A DNA stretch of 64,000 nt from Candidatus Moraniibacteriota bacterium (GCA_016699425.1 CP064975.1:654098-718097), one strand, 5' to 3'. Counted from the stretch's first letter, positions 27,624 to 37,562 are shown. The notes: generated by a model not told the origin, from the letters alone. Translations and numbers: made by a program.

Positions 27624-28847
27624 ATGTCCAATCTACTAGCTATCAAGAAAGACTTTCCGATCTACGAATCCCAGCCGGATCTCGTCTATCTCGATAGTGC
27701 CGCCACCGCACTCAAACCGAAAGTCGTCATTGACGCGATGAATGGTTACTATTTCGAGTACTCGGCCAATGTTGCCCGCGGACTCTATCCGCTGGCCGAA
27801 GGGGCGACTACGGCACTGGATGCCGCACGGAAAACCGTCGCTCGCTTCGTCGGGGCCGAAAGCGCTGCATCAGTTGTCTTCACGGCCAATGCGACCCACG
27901 CGATCAACCTGGTCGCCCTCGGCCTCGAGGCAACCGTGACGCCACAAAATAATATCGTCGTCACCGAACTCGAACATCATTCGAATTACCTCCCCTGGAA
28001 AGAACTCGCGCGACGGACCGGCGCTGAATTCCGAGTCACCCGTTTCAAGGCAGACGGCCAAATCGACCTTGATCACCTCGTTTCCCTCATCGATGAACAG
28101 ACGGCTGTCGTGGCTCTCTCGGCTGTTTCCAATGTCTTCGGCATCATCAATCCAGTCGAGACAATCATCCAAAGTATCCGGAGGAAGAATCCCCACACCC
28201 GCACCCTCATCGATGCCTGCCAAGCGGCCGGACATATCCCGATCGATATCCAGGCCTGGGATACAGACTTCGTCGTTTTCTCGGGTCACAAACTCTTCGG
28301 ACCGACCGGTATCGGTGTCCTCGCGGGGAAAAAGCAATCACTCGAGATACTCACCCCGATGAATGTCGGCGGCGGCACCGTGCTCGATGCCTGCAGTCCA
28401 ATCACCGAATACAAGCCCGTCCCAGAAAATCTCGAGGGCGGCACACCGAACATCGCTGGTGCGATCGGTCTCGCGGCAGCGATCGAGTATGTCGAATTAC
28501 TCGATGTGAAAGCTATCCACGAGCATGAAAAGAGTCTCACCCGATACACCATCGAGAAACTCTTGGAAACCTTCGGTGGTACCATCCATATCTTGGGCAT
28601 TCTGGATGCTGAGAAGCGGGCCGGGATCATTTCCTTCACCTTCGATGGCCTCCACCCGCATGACTTGGCCCACCTCCTCGGCGAGGAAAGTATCTGTGTC
28701 CGAGCCGGTGAACACTGTGCCTCTCCGCTCCACCGGGCACTGCATCTCTCGGCTACGACCCGAATAAGCTTTTCGATTTATAATGATACCAACGATGTTG
28801 ATAAGCTTATCGAAACATTGAAAAAAATATCCCTCATATTCAAGTGA
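27624..28847 (+). CDS. sufS: Cysteine desulfurase SufS (class V aminotransferase)
   Basis: 'YLDSAATALKPKVVIDAM', the PLP-lysine region 'FVVFSGHKLFGPTGIGVLAG' and the active-site Cys loop 'VRAGEHCASPLH'. Confidence 0.85.
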   Translation: MSNLLAIKKDFPIYESQPDLVYLDSAATALKPKVVIDAMNGYYFEYSANVARGLYPLAEGATTALDAARKTVARFVGAESAASVVFTANATHAINLVALGLEATVTPQNNIVVTELEHHSNYLPWKELARRTGAEFRVTRFKADGQIDLDHLVSLIDEQTAVVALSAVSNVFGIINPVETIIQSIRRKNPHTRTLIDACQAAGHIPIDIQAWDTDFVVFSGHKLFGPTGIGVLAGKKQSLEILTPMNVGGGTVLDACSPITEYKPVPENLEGGTPNIAGAIGLAAAIEYVELLDVKAIHEHEKSLTRYTIEKLLETFGGTIHILGILDAEKRAGIISFTFDGLHPHDLAHLLGEESICVRAGEHCASPLHRALHLSATTRISFSIYNDTNDVDKLIETLKKISLIFK

Positions 28848-28958
28848 TAATTTTCAATTTCCAGTTCTCAATTTTCAATCAATTTCCAATGAATCAATTT
28901 CAAAATTGAAAACTTGAAAATTCAATGAAAATTAGAAATTGAAAACTGAAAATTTCTT
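28848..28958. repeat. AT-rich palindrome-rich repeat element, copy 2, between sufS and sufU
   Basis: A string of short perfect palindromes (TTTCAAAATTGAAA, TTGAAAATTCAA, AGAAATT..AATTTCT). It shares two blocks with the copy at 27538-27623. Confidence 0.5.
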
Positions 28959-29339
28959 ATGAGCCTCTATCACGATCTCATCCTCGACCACTACCGCAAC
29001 CCCCGCCACTATGGATCCCTCGATCGAGCGACCCACCGTGCGGATGCCCAGAACCCCACCTGTGGCGACTCGCTCCATATGGACTTAAATGTCAGGCATG
29101 GTACTATTTCTGAGGTGAGATTTACCGGTTCCGGCTGCGCGATTTCCCAGGCTTCGGCCTCCCTTTTGACCGAACACGTGAAAGGGAAGCGAGTGGATGA
29201 GGCCTTGGCCCTGGAGCCGAAGACGGTGCTCGATTTCCTTGGCGTCACGCTTTCGCCCGCGCGACTGAAATGCGGACTCCTCTCGCTCGAGACACTCCAG
29301 CGAGCTCTGAGCCAAGCATCAGATAGCTCGGAAATCTAA
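28959..29339 (+). CDS. sufU: SufU/IscU-like Fe-S/sulfur-transfer scaffold
   Basis: 'HYRNPRHYGSL...NPTCGDSLHMDL...VRFTGSGCAISQASASLLTEHVKGK' is the NifU N-terminal-like fold with the SufU Cys pattern. Confidence 0.7.
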   Translation: MSLYHDLILDHYRNPRHYGSLDRATHRADAQNPTCGDSLHMDLNVRHGTISEVRFTGSGCAISQASASLLTEHVKGKRVDEALALEPKTVLDFLGVTLSPARLKCGLLSLETLQRALSQASDSSEI

Positions 29340-29372
29340 AATTCATAATTCGTAATTCTTTATTCTCAACAT

Positions 29373-29642
29373 ATGGCATGGAAAGATGAAAGTAAGCCTG
29401 CGGGTCCCGTCACCCTTCAGAATGGTTGGACGGTCGAAGTTGATACCGCCGTCTGTATCGGCGCTGCCCCCTGTACCGCTATGGCTCCGAATTCATTTGC
29501 GCTCGATGACAGTGGTAAAGCCGCCATCCTCTCTACCGCTGACACCGATGATCAGGAGACTATACTGAACGCCGCGCGTGGCTGTCCCGTCGGTGCCATC
29601 CGCATCAAGGACGCTACCGGCAAGCAAATTTTCCCGGAATAA
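29373..29642 (+). CDS. Small ferredoxin (divergent single-cluster 4Fe-4S type)
   Basis: 'VDTAVCIGAAPCTAMAPNSFALDDSGKAAIL...ARGCPVGAIRI' follows the C..A..C....P / CP..AI pattern. Confidence 0.5.
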   Translation: MAWKDESKPAGPVTLQNGWTVEVDTAVCIGAAPCTAMAPNSFALDDSGKAAILSTADTDDQETILNAARGCPVGAIRIKDATGKQIFPE

Positions 29643-29706
29643 GCTCCTTGTTTCCTGTCATTCCGATCCGCAAACCGGTGGAGAGGAAACTACGTGAATA
29701 AGTCGA

Positions 29707-29997
29707 ATGGTCGTCATGAGAAGCTACTGTGTCTACATTCTCGCCAGTCATTCTCGGACTTTATATGTTGGCGTTACGAGCAACCTCCCGAGAAGAATCT
29801 GGGAGTACAAAAATAAAGCTGTCGAGGGCTTCACGAAAAAATATAATGTCGATCAACTCGTCTACTTCGAGCAGACGGGTGATGTCTACAGCACTCTCGC
29901 TAGAGAAAAGCAGTTAAAATCTTGGCGAAGAGAAAAGAAAATTCTGTTGATTGAGAAGGAAAATCCCCAATGGTTAGATATGTCAGGCGCGTTGTAA
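29707..29997 (+). CDS. GIY-YIG nuclease-domain protein (UPF0213-like)
   Basis: 'YCVYILASHSRTLYVGVTSNLPRRIWEYKNK...VYFEQ' is the GIY-YIG motif. Confidence 0.6.
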   Translation: MVVMRSYCVYILASHSRTLYVGVTSNLPRRIWEYKNKAVEGFTKKYNVDQLVYFEQTGDVYSTLAREKQLKSWRREKKILLIEKENPQWLDMSGAL

Positions 29998-30034
29998 ACA
30001 GATCCCTCGACTACGCTCGGGATGACAAGACTCT

Positions 30035-30358
30035 ATGTCCAAAGCTGTCACAAGAAAGCCCATCGAGGTCCTGGTCCGCGAAAAGCTCCACCTCGTCCTC
30101 GACCCCGAACTCGGTATCTCGATTGTCGAACTCGGCTTGATTTATACTATCTCGGTCGACACCGACGGAAAGTGCACGATCACCATGACCCTGACTACCA
30201 TGGGATGTCCGCTCTTCGGTCAGATCCAGAAAGAGATCGAGGATCGGGTCATGGAGCTCGAGGGTATCGAAGATGTCGAAACCTCGCTCACCTTTGATCC
30301 GCCCTGGACGATCGAGAAGATGACTCCTGAAGCCAAGATCCAGCTCGGTTTGGATTAA
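30035..30358 (+). CDS. sufT: DUF59/MIP18-family Fe-S assembly protein (SufT-like)
   Basis: 'VLDPELGISIVELGLIY...TMTLTTMGCPLFGQI' is the FeS_assembly_P (DUF59) signature with its conserved Cys. Confidence 0.65.
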   Translation: MSKAVTRKPIEVLVREKLHLVLDPELGISIVELGLIYTISVDTDGKCTITMTLTTMGCPLFGQIQKEIEDRVMELEGIEDVETSLTFDPPWTIEKMTPEAKIQLGLD

Positions 30359-30690
30359 AGACAGGACGGCTCGCAGATACAATTTTCTCCCACTGGACAT
30401 TTTTCTCGGCAGGCAAATAGCTCCTGTCTGTATTTATATTCTTGGTAGCCAAAGAGAACGAGACTTGTCACAAAACTCCCGATTGCTACCAGAAGAATGA
30501 TGGAAAGTACTCTTTTGACCTTCTCATTTTTCCCATAGATTTTGTAGCTGAATATCATCAGCACGAGAAGAAACAGGACACCTCCTAAAGGAAGTGCGAT
30601 AGCTGCATGCACCCGAGAACAAGCAAAGGCAATCTGCGGTAGAAAAATTCCTATCGCAGCAATGCTAAGAAATTTTTGAGATCCCTTCAT
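30355..30690 (-). CDS. Small membrane protein with C-terminal Cys cluster
   Basis: Three hydrophobic helices, then 'CREKCPVGENCICEPSC'. Confidence 0.3.
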   Translation of the reverse strand: MKGSQKFLSIAAIGIFLPQIAFACSRVHAAIALPLGGVLFLLVLMIFSYKIYGKNEKVKRVLSIILLVAIGSFVTSLVLFGYQEYKYRQELFACREKCPVGENCICEPSCL

Positions 30691-30701
30691 AAAGGTAGGT
30701 C

Positions 30702-31559
30702 TTATCGATACGTTTCGAGCAGCGTCGTGAGTTTCACTGGATCTAACTTCTTCGTATAGAGCGGGTCATCCCCTTCGCGCACGACGGTCTCATAGCTCGG
30801 GCGGCCGGTTTCTTGATAAAGGACACCGAGCGCCATCTTTTCGGTATCGAGGGCGAGGCTGAGCGCTTTGACCTTGTCGCTTTTGTCATGGCTCACATCC
30901 AGATAGTAGGTGTGATCCTTGAACCACTGAAAGGTGTTCTGCTTGTTGAAAACGACACACGGTTGGAAGATATCGACAAGCGCATAGCCTTGGTGCTCGA
31001 TCGCGGCTTTCACGATTTCCTTAGCTTGTGGAATATCGCCTGAGAAAGCACGGGCGACAAACGTCGCTCCCGCTGAGATCGCAATCGCCATAGGATTGAA
31101 GGGCTCGAGCATGACGCCATCTGTCTGCAGTGGTGTCTGCATCCCTTTCTCGGATGTCGGCGAGGCTTGGCCCTTGGTCAGGCCATAGACCATGTTGTTG
31201 TGGACGATGTTCGTGATATCGGGATTGCGCCGGATCGTATGCAGAAAGTGATTGCCCCCCTCGCCATACATGTCCCCATCGCCGGACTCAGCGATCACGG
31301 TCAGTCCTGGATTCGCCGTCTTGATCGCGATCGCCGGCGGGAGAGCGCGGCCATGCAGCCCATTGAAGTAATGCACCCGGAGATAATGTGGCGTCTTGGC
31401 CGCCTGGCCGATGCCAGAGCAGATGACGACGTCCGTCGGCGGGATATCCATCTCAGCGAGCACACCCTTCATGATATTCAGGATCGGGAAATTGCCACAG
31501 CCCGGACACCAGGCTATGTCGGTCCCATGCGGCATATCGTAGAGTTTCTTGTCGATCAT
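30702..31559 (-). CDS. 2-oxoacid:ferredoxin oxidoreductase beta subunit (TPP-binding)
   Basis: '[13 protein letters not shown]' and the TPP motif '[16 protein letters not shown]' are typical of PorB/KorB. Confidence 0.8.
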   Translation of the reverse strand: MIDKKLYDMPHGTDIAWCPGCGNFPILNIMKGVLAEMDIPPTDVVICSGIGQAAKTPHYLRVHYFNGLHGRALPPAIAIKTANPGLTVIAESGDGDMYGEGGNHFLHTIRRNPDITNIVHNNMVYGLTKGQASPTSEKGMQTPLQTDGVMLEPFNPMAIAISAGATFVARAFSGDIPQAKEIVKAAIEHQGYALVDIFQPCVVFNKQNTFQWFKDHTYYLDVSHDKSDKVKALSLALDTEKMALGVLYQETGRPSYETVVREGDDPLYTKKLDPVKLTTLLETYR

Positions 31560-33259
31560 AAGTCTTTCAGTTTTTTCACAACTTCTTCGACGGAAAATGG
31601 GTTGCCATCATATTTCAGAATTCGCTCCGTGACAGTGATGCTATATTCACGCTCGAGGAGATCGGCGAATTGCCCGGCGGCATTGTTCTCGATCACGACG
31701 ATCTGTTTCATTTTGGCCAAAAGCCTCTTACCAGACGCAGGGAGCGGATAGACCTGAGGGAAGTGCACCTGAGCGAACGATTCATCACCGATCCGGTCGA
31801 GTGCTTCCTCGACAACGCCGCGATTTGATCCCCAGGTAACCACCGCCGTCTTGGCTTTCTTCAATCGAGCCACCGAGGCCACAGGTGGAAGCGCTTCCTT
31901 GGCGACAGCCACCCCTTTTTGGAGCCGCTTGCTGTGTTGTTCCTGACGGACGAGATGACTTTCCGTGATATGTCCCGCCGTATCGTGTTCATCGCTATCC
32001 ACTCCGACGAGTCCTTTGCCGTAGCCTGGGATACCGCGTGGTGATACACCATCCTTGGTGACGGCATAGCGTTCATACTCTGCGTCTGTTTCGACGATAT
32101 ATGCCTGATTTGGAGCCGCTTTCAGATCACCGTCGTTGACCGTCGTGACCGAGTCGAGGAAAAACTGATCTGTCAAGACGAAGGCAGGTACTTGGTACTT
32201 GTCTGCAATATAAAACGCCTGTGACATCGCATGGTATGCTTCCTCGGGCGTGCCCGGCGCAAAAATAGCACGCGGAAATTCACCATGCCCGGCATAGAGG
32301 ACCAGATTCAGGTCTGCTTGCTCGGTCCGGGTGGGGAGCCCCGTCGCCGGACCGGGTCGCTGGCCGACATGGATGACGATCGGCGTCTCGATCATCCCAG
32401 CCAAACTTACTCCCTCACACATGAGGTCGAACCCACCACCCGAGGTCGTGACCACCGCGCGCGCGCCGGCATACCAAGCACCCAAGCCCTGGTTGATCGC
32501 GGCAATTTCGTCTTCGGCCTGATCGACGACGATACCGAAGTCCTTCTTGTGTGTGGCGAGGAAGGTCAGTAATCCCGTCCCCGGCGACATCGGATACGAA
32601 CTGATATAATTGCAGCCTGCTGCGAGTGTCCCCAGGCCCACGCTCTCCATCCCATCGAGGAGGAGTCCGGTATCGGCTGCTTTGGCTCGCGGCACAGATA
32701 GCTCTACACCCTCCAAAAAAGCGATGTGCGTCCCATGGACATACCCTTTTTGCGCCGCCTCAATATTTTTTGCGACGACTTCCTCACCCTTCCGAGCGAA
32801 ATGTCCACGCAGATATTCATGAAACACACTCTCGTCAGCTCGGAGCATACCGAGAACGACCCCGACGGCGACGGTACTCGTATAGATCGGGTGTCCGAGT
32901 TCATTGGCAAACCGCGTGAAAGGGACGTCGACGACCTGACACTCCGTCTCGCAGACCTTTTCCTTCTCACCGATGATGACCGTCTTCTCTGTGATCCGAT
33001 GTGCGAGATGCGGCACGACATTCTTGTCGAGCGCAAAGAGGAGGTCGATGCGATCAACATAGGCCCGCCGTTTCTTCGACGTCAGTCGGATTTCGGTCGA
33101 ATTACTCCCGCCGCGGATCCGCGACATATACTCTTTGGACGCGAAGACATAATAGCCCTCCTTCTTGAGCACCTGAACGAGGAGTGTCTCGACAGTCTGA
33201 ATCCCCTGTCCCGCCGCTCCACCAAGCACGATAGAAATATCACTTGAGAACCGATGCAT
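31556..33259 (-). CDS. 2-oxoacid:ferredoxin oxidoreductase alpha subunit with fused N-terminal gamma domain
   Basis: The gamma-domain motif '[13 protein letters not shown]' sits at the N-terminus, followed by the PorA/KorA alpha fold. It overlaps the beta-subunit gene by 4 nt, suggesting translational coupling. Confidence 0.8.
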   Translation of the reverse strand: MHRFSSDISIVLGGAAGQGIQTVETLLVQVLKKEGYYVFASKEYMSRIRGGSNSTEIRLTSKKRRAYVDRIDLLFALDKNVVPHLAHRITEKTVIIGEKEKVCETECQVVDVPFTRFANELGHPIYTSTVAVGVVLGMLRADESVFHEYLRGHFARKGEEVVAKNIEAAQKGYVHGTHIAFLEGVELSVPRAKAADTGLLLDGMESVGLGTLAAGCNYISSYPMSPGTGLLTFLATHKKDFGIVVDQAEDEIAAINQGLGAWYAGARAVVTTSGGGFDLMCEGVSLAGMIETPIVIHVGQRPGPATGLPTRTEQADLNLVLYAGHGEFPRAIFAPGTPEEAYHAMSQAFYIADKYQVPAFVLTDQFFLDSVTTVNDGDLKAAPNQAYIVETDAEYERYAVTKDGVSPRGIPGYGKGLVGVDSDEHDTAGHITESHLVRQEQHSKRLQKGVAVAKEALPPVASVARLKKAKTAVVTWGSNRGVVEEALDRIGDESFAQVHFPQVYPLPASGKRLLAKMKQIVVIENNAAGQFADLLEREYSITVTERILKYDGNPFSVEEVVKKLKDL

Positions 33260-33308
33260 GATAAAGATATTTTCTTTGTTTTGTATACCCAGTATAGCAG
33301 AGTGACTA

Positions 33309-33521
33309 CTACGAAGCCGTACCGTCGAGCTCTTTTTTTACGATCTCAAACTCATTCTCTACTTCGCGGAGTCGCTCCTTGCTTGATTTGATGAGTACGA
33401 CTCCTTCCTTCACTTTCTCAAGCGCTTTTTCCACATCAATTTCTTCCTGATTTTCGAACCAGTCTGTGATACCTTCGAGTTTCTTGAGCGCCTCGCCGAG
33501 TGATTCTTTCTTGGTTGTCAT
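33309..33521 (-). CDS. xseB: Exodeoxyribonuclease VII small subunit
   Basis: 'SLGEALKKLEGITDWFENQEEIDVEKALEKVKEGVVLIKSSKERLREVENE' is XseB-like, and it lies immediately downstream of xseA. Confidence 0.7.
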   Translation of the reverse strand: MTTKKESLGEALKKLEGITDWFENQEEIDVEKALEKVKEGVVLIKSSKERLREVENEFEIVKKELDGTAS

Positions 33522-33525
33522 AGCC

Positions 33526-35094
33526 TTACGTTATCCCTATTACTTCTGATTCTATACTGCCTTGGCCCAGTTGTATATCGATCCGATCACCGACTGCTAC
33601 CCTGGCAGCGTCCCGAATGATGCGCCCCTCTCTCCGCACCAGACTATAGCCGAGTTGGAGCGCCCGCGCTGGATCATACTGACGGAGCCGCGCCTCAAGG
33701 GCCTTCACCTGATCACGTGTATTGAGTACCGCTGCATCCGTCTTTGCCTGCCAGAGCGCTGCATCGGTCCCGAGCCGAAGAGTGACTCGGTGACAATACG
33801 CCGGAAAAAGCGCGACGGCTTCGCGAAAGGCCGCCTGTGCCATACCGACCCGCTCCACGATATCACCGAGTGCGCGACGGATCGACTCCTCTCCGACGCG
33901 AACTCGTTCACATACCAACATGCGAAATTCCTGCATCACTCGAGACAGAGCCGATGAATATAGACCCAGTCTGGCTCGTGCCTCGTCCCAAGAGATCGAG
34001 AGATAACGAGCGGCCGCCGTTGGTGTCGAGACCATATGATCAGCCACGAGCGCCGCAAGTGAAACATCACGTTCATGACCGATACCAGCCAGTACCGGAA
34101 TCCGAGAAGAAACAATCTCTTGGACGAGAGCTTCGGTATTGAACGCCTGCAGACTCTCGAGACTACCACCGCCTCGGATGAGTACGAGGACATCGTAGCG
34201 GTCCGGTGTTTGATTGAAATAACGGATCGCTTCGATGATATCAAATACTGCTTTTTTCCCTTCGACGAGTGTCGGATAGAAATCAACATGGATGCCGGCA
34301 CGCGCCAGATTCATCGTGAAGTCGCCGATGGCGGCACCCTGTTCCGAGGTGATGAGTGCGATCTTCTCCGCAAATTCGGGTATCGGCCGTTTCCGCTCGA
34401 GAGAAAACGCACCCACCAGCTCCAGCTTCTTGTGAAGCGCATCATAAGCCTTCTTCAGCTCGCCCTCGCCCGCATACTCGATGACACCCACCTGAAGCGA
34501 GAGTTCGCCGCGCGGCTTGTACATCTTCGGAAAACCCTCGACGATGACTTCGTCCCCGACTTTCACATCGACGCCGCAGACCTGATACCGAGCATACGGC
34601 ATACCGCATTTCAGGACACTGCCATCCTGACTGTCTTTCAGCGAGAAGAAAACAAAAGAGTTATTCCAGATGTTGAATTCAGAAACCTCGCCGCACAAAC
34701 GCGCGGCCATGCCCGAGAGCTCAAGATTCAGGCTATCGAGGAATTGCGACACCGTGAGTGGCGCTTCGACGGCCGATGGCAACGCTTCCGGTCCGACTGA
34801 CTCGGCAACCTGCTCTCTTGATTCCACTCCTCGGACCTCACCCGTTTCGGCATCGCCCCCCGCATCACCCGATGACGCCTGCGCCTGTAGCATCTGCAGC
34901 AGCGCTTTCCCATAGCGCCGACTCTTCGCTTCCTTAATTCCTTTCACTTCGAGGAGCTCAGCGAGAGTCGACGGCCTCCGGGCGATGAGCGCTTCGAGCG
35001 TCGCATTGTTCATGACACGATATGTCTCGACCCCCTCGATCCGGGCCTGCTCGTCGCGCCACTGTTTCAGTTGTTGGAGGAGCTCATAGTTCAT
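33526..35094 (-). CDS. xseA: Exodeoxyribonuclease VII large subunit with an N-terminal HRDC domain fusion
   Basis: The XseA OB fold plus catalytic region reads '...CGEVSEFNIWNNSFVFFSLKDSQ...DVLVLIRGGGSLESL...'. The N-terminus 'LLQQLKQWRDEQARIEGVETYRVMNNATLEALIARRPSTLAELLEVKGIKEAKSRRYGKALLQML' matches the HRDC domain of RecQ/RNase D. The start is taken at the ATG at 35094. Confidence 0.7.
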   Translation of the reverse strand: MNYELLQQLKQWRDEQARIEGVETYRVMNNATLEALIARRPSTLAELLEVKGIKEAKSRRYGKALLQMLQAQASSGDAGGDAETGEVRGVESREQVAESVGPEALPSAVEAPLTVSQFLDSLNLELSGMAARLCGEVSEFNIWNNSFVFFSLKDSQDGSVLKCGMPYARYQVCGVDVKVGDEVIVEGFPKMYKPRGELSLQVGVIEYAGEGELKKAYDALHKKLELVGAFSLERKRPIPEFAEKIALITSEQGAAIGDFTMNLARAGIHVDFYPTLVEGKKAVFDIIEAIRYFNQTPDRYDVLVLIRGGGSLESLQAFNTEALVQEIVSSRIPVLAGIGHERDVSLAALVADHMVSTPTAAARYLSISWDEARARLGLYSSALSRVMQEFRMLVCERVRVGEESIRRALGDIVERVGMAQAAFREAVALFPAYCHRVTLRLGTDAALWQAKTDAAVLNTRDQVKALEARLRQYDPARALQLGYSLVRREGRIIRDAARVAVGDRIDIQLGQGSIESEVIGIT

Positions 35095-35200
35095 AGGACA
35101 AGTAAGAGGCCAGTGTCGTTTAATTACATACTCCGTGTTCACAACAAACAAGAAACGAGCCACCATGGGTCGTTCTACCATTGTGAACGCCTCCAGTATA

Positions 35201-35620
35201 TCATCGCCCCCTCCGTTGGCGGAGAATGAGGAGTGTAACCAGGACAAGCAAGATACCGACACTGTCGATCATGACATCGGTCAGCCGCGCGCCCCGACCA
35301 AAGACGAATGCCTGGTGGAGCTCGTCGAGTGCACCGTAAGCGAGCGCGAACACGGCCGCGAGCGCTGCGATCCGGGCCAATGCCTCGCGCGAGTACACCG
35401 AACGGAAAAATCGGTACGCGAGGAGGGTGAGGATGGCGTACTCGACGACATGAGCCGATTTGCGCTCGACAATATACCACGCTGTAGGTTCAATCGCTCG
35501 CCCGCTTCCCGGCATCTGGGAAAACGCGAAAATCACCGCACACCAGAGGAGTAGCGGCCACAGTCGGAGATGGATGTCTCTGGCGGAGACAGGCTCGTTC
35601 ATACTCACCTTTGCGCTCAT
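35201..35620 (-). CDS. VanZ-family membrane protein
   Basis: 'HVVEYAILTLLAYRFF...ALDELHQAFVFGRGARLTDVMIDSVG' is the VanZ-like motif. Confidence 0.5.
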   Translation of the reverse strand: MSAKVSMNEPVSARDIHLRLWPLLLWCAVIFAFSQMPGSGRAIEPTAWYIVERKSAHVVEYAILTLLAYRFFRSVYSREALARIAALAAVFALAYGALDELHQAFVFGRGARLTDVMIDSVGILLVLVTLLILRQRRGR

Positions 35621-35831
35621 TTTTTCTCCCTGAGCTGAGTGCTAAATTCCTTCAAGAGTGCTTGAAGAGCGTAAAATGGCAGCCAGAGCCAGAGCGTCTT
35701 CCGGAGGAAATTATCGAGTGAGCTGTTGAGGTTGAAGGCCATAAGAGGGTAAACTCGAAATACGAAATCTTAAATTCTAAACCGGGAACCATCTAAATAC
35801 GAAATGAAGATCCGAAACTCTAAACAAATAC

Positions 35832-36209
35832 TTATCCTCCGGGCTGAACTTTCTTAATAATAGCACCGAGGATTTTCATGAGTTCTGTACATTCCAGAAT
35901 CAGTGCTTCTTTTTCGGTCTCCAGCTCTTTCTCGGGTTGGCTCAGGTTTAACCAGAATATACTCTCCTTCGCTTCTTTCTTGGAAATTTTCACTCTCATC
36001 AGGAAGTCTCTGCGACTCAGTCCATCATTCGCCTCGATATAGTTGGCTCCGACTGAACCAGCCGAGCGTACCAACTGCTTCCCATTTTCGATATTCGAGA
36101 TAGTGCGCGGCAGTCCGTTTACATAGGCATTGACTCGGTGCGCGAAGGCCAGTGTTCGCTCTTCCAAATCATATTTTTTCTCTGTGCTGTCCATAGGGAT
36201 ATCTAGCAA
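35832..36209 (-). CDS. Four-helix-bundle protein (23S rRNA intervening-sequence protein family, TIGR02436)
   Basis: 'LAFAHRVNAYVNGLPRTISNIENGKQLVRSAGSVGANYIEANDGLSRRDFLMRVKISKKEAKESIFWL' is diagnostic of this family. Confidence 0.6.
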   Translation of the reverse strand: MLDIPMDSTEKKYDLEERTLAFAHRVNAYVNGLPRTISNIENGKQLVRSAGSVGANYIEANDGLSRRDFLMRVKISKKEAKESIFWLNLSQPEKELETEKEALILECTELMKILGAIIKKVQPGG

Positions 36210-36226
36210 TTGTAGCGCGTATCCGT

Positions 36227-36961
36227 TTAGAATTTCTGGTTTCGAGCTTCGGATTTTGAGCCTATCTCATAGATCACATCTTTCTTTTCGATGACGATGC
36301 GCCAGCCCTCGGCATCGGCCAGCGCTTTCAGGTTCTGGTTTGGGTTGAAGGCGATCGGGTGGGTCGCCATGCGGAGGATGCTCGCATCGGACTCAGTGTC
36401 ACCCATCGCGTATGAATCCTCGAGCGAGAGCCCATGTTCATACACATACTGCTGAAGCACTTCGCCTTTATTCCGCGAGGGCTCGAATTCGGCGGCTCCT
36501 GTGTATATCCCCTTCTCATCTTTGGAGTAGATACTCCCGAACACGCGGTCGAAATGGAGATAGTGTTTATTGTACTCCTCGACGATCTCGATCGGCGAAC
36601 CCGAGATAGCGAGCAAGTGATACCCTTTGGCGCGCAACTCCTTGATCAGCGCTTCGGAAAAGATGTACGTGCGCTTGGCATGGAACGGCACGACGATATG
36701 TGCCGCTTCATGGACCGAAGTCTCGCTGACTCCCGCGATGTGTTCAGCGTAGATACGGACAATCGCCTTACGGTACTCCTCATACGTACCGGAGTGCTCG
36801 AGCCAATGACTGTAGACCTCGCTCAGCTCGCGGCGCACCGAATTCGGGAACACCTTCAGCCACGCCAATTCATTGATAAGCTCAAAGTGGAGATTCTTCC
36901 GAAATATCGTGCCATCGATATCGAAGATGGCGATCTTCTTCGGTTTGTTTTCTTTTTTCAT
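36227..36961 (-). CDS. HAD-superfamily hydrolase (subfamily IB, phosphoserine-phosphatase-like)
   Basis: 'IAIFDIDGTIF' is motif I, and '...MGDTESD' is motif IV. Confidence 0.6.
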   Translation of the reverse strand: MKKENKPKKIAIFDIDGTIFRKNLHFELINELAWLKVFPNSVRRELSEVYSHWLEHSGTYEEYRKAIVRIYAEHIAGVSETSVHEAAHIVVPFHAKRTYIFSEALIKELRAKGYHLLAISGSPIEIVEEYNKHYLHFDRVFGSIYSKDEKGIYTGAAEFEPSRNKGEVLQQYVYEHGLSLEDSYAMGDTESDASILRMATHPIAFNPNQNLKALADAEGWRIVIEKKDVIYEIGSKSEARNQKF

Positions 36962-37046
36962 TATTCCAGAAGTTATTAGTGACTAGAGCAGAAAGAGTGA
37001 CTAGAGTAAGCGCGTTTCTTAAACACTAGTAACTAGCTACTATCCC

Positions 37047-37556
37047 CTAGTTACGAGAGACTCTCGTTTCCATTGTAGCCGAGAGGTAGTACAAGGCAAT
37101 ACTACCTGCTACTGACACATTGAGCGAATGTTTCATCCCGCGCATCGGCAGATGCATGAGCGTATCAACGGTTGCGAGCGAATCCTCCGCGATGCCAGCG
37201 ACTTCGTTGCCGACGATCAAGGCCGGCTCACGCCCCCGTTTCGGCCGCCACAGACGGTAGTCGATGCTCGCGATACCTGTCCCTTCTTCGAGGGCGATGA
37301 TCTCATACTGCCTCGCTTTAAGGCGGGTGATGAGGCGGGCGAGCGACTTCATGCTCGACCAAGGCACCACACGCTCCGCACCGAGCGCGGTTTTCCGCAG
37401 TGCCTTTTCGGCGGGCGAGAGGACGGCTTGGTCGGGCTTCGGCGGGGGCGGCGTGATCCCCACGAGATACACATGTGTCACCCCCGCGCCATCGGCCGAC
37501 CGGAACAGGGCGCCGACATTGTACGCGCTCCGGAGATTGTCGAGGATGAGGATCAT
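37047..37556 (-). CDS. SpoU/TrmH-family RNA 2'-O-methyltransferase
   Basis: 'MILILDNLRSAYNVGALFRSADGAGVTHVYLVG...IALEEGTG...LIVGNEVAG...HLPMRGMKHSLNVSVAGSIALY' are SPOUT motifs. Confidence 0.65.
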   Translation of the reverse strand: MILILDNLRSAYNVGALFRSADGAGVTHVYLVGITPPPPKPDQAVLSPAEKALRKTALGAERVVPWSSMKSLARLITRLKARQYEIIALEEGTGIASIDYRLWRPKRGREPALIVGNEVAGIAEDSLATVDTLMHLPMRGMKHSLNVSVAGSIALYYLSATMETRVSRN

Positions 37557-37562
37557 GAGTGT

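Noticed and set aside
28848-28958. Possible CRISPR array in the AT-rich repetitive segment after sufS
   Set aside because: The repeats are short overlapping palindromes without regular repeat-spacer periodicity, and only two related copies exist. It is not a CRISPR array.
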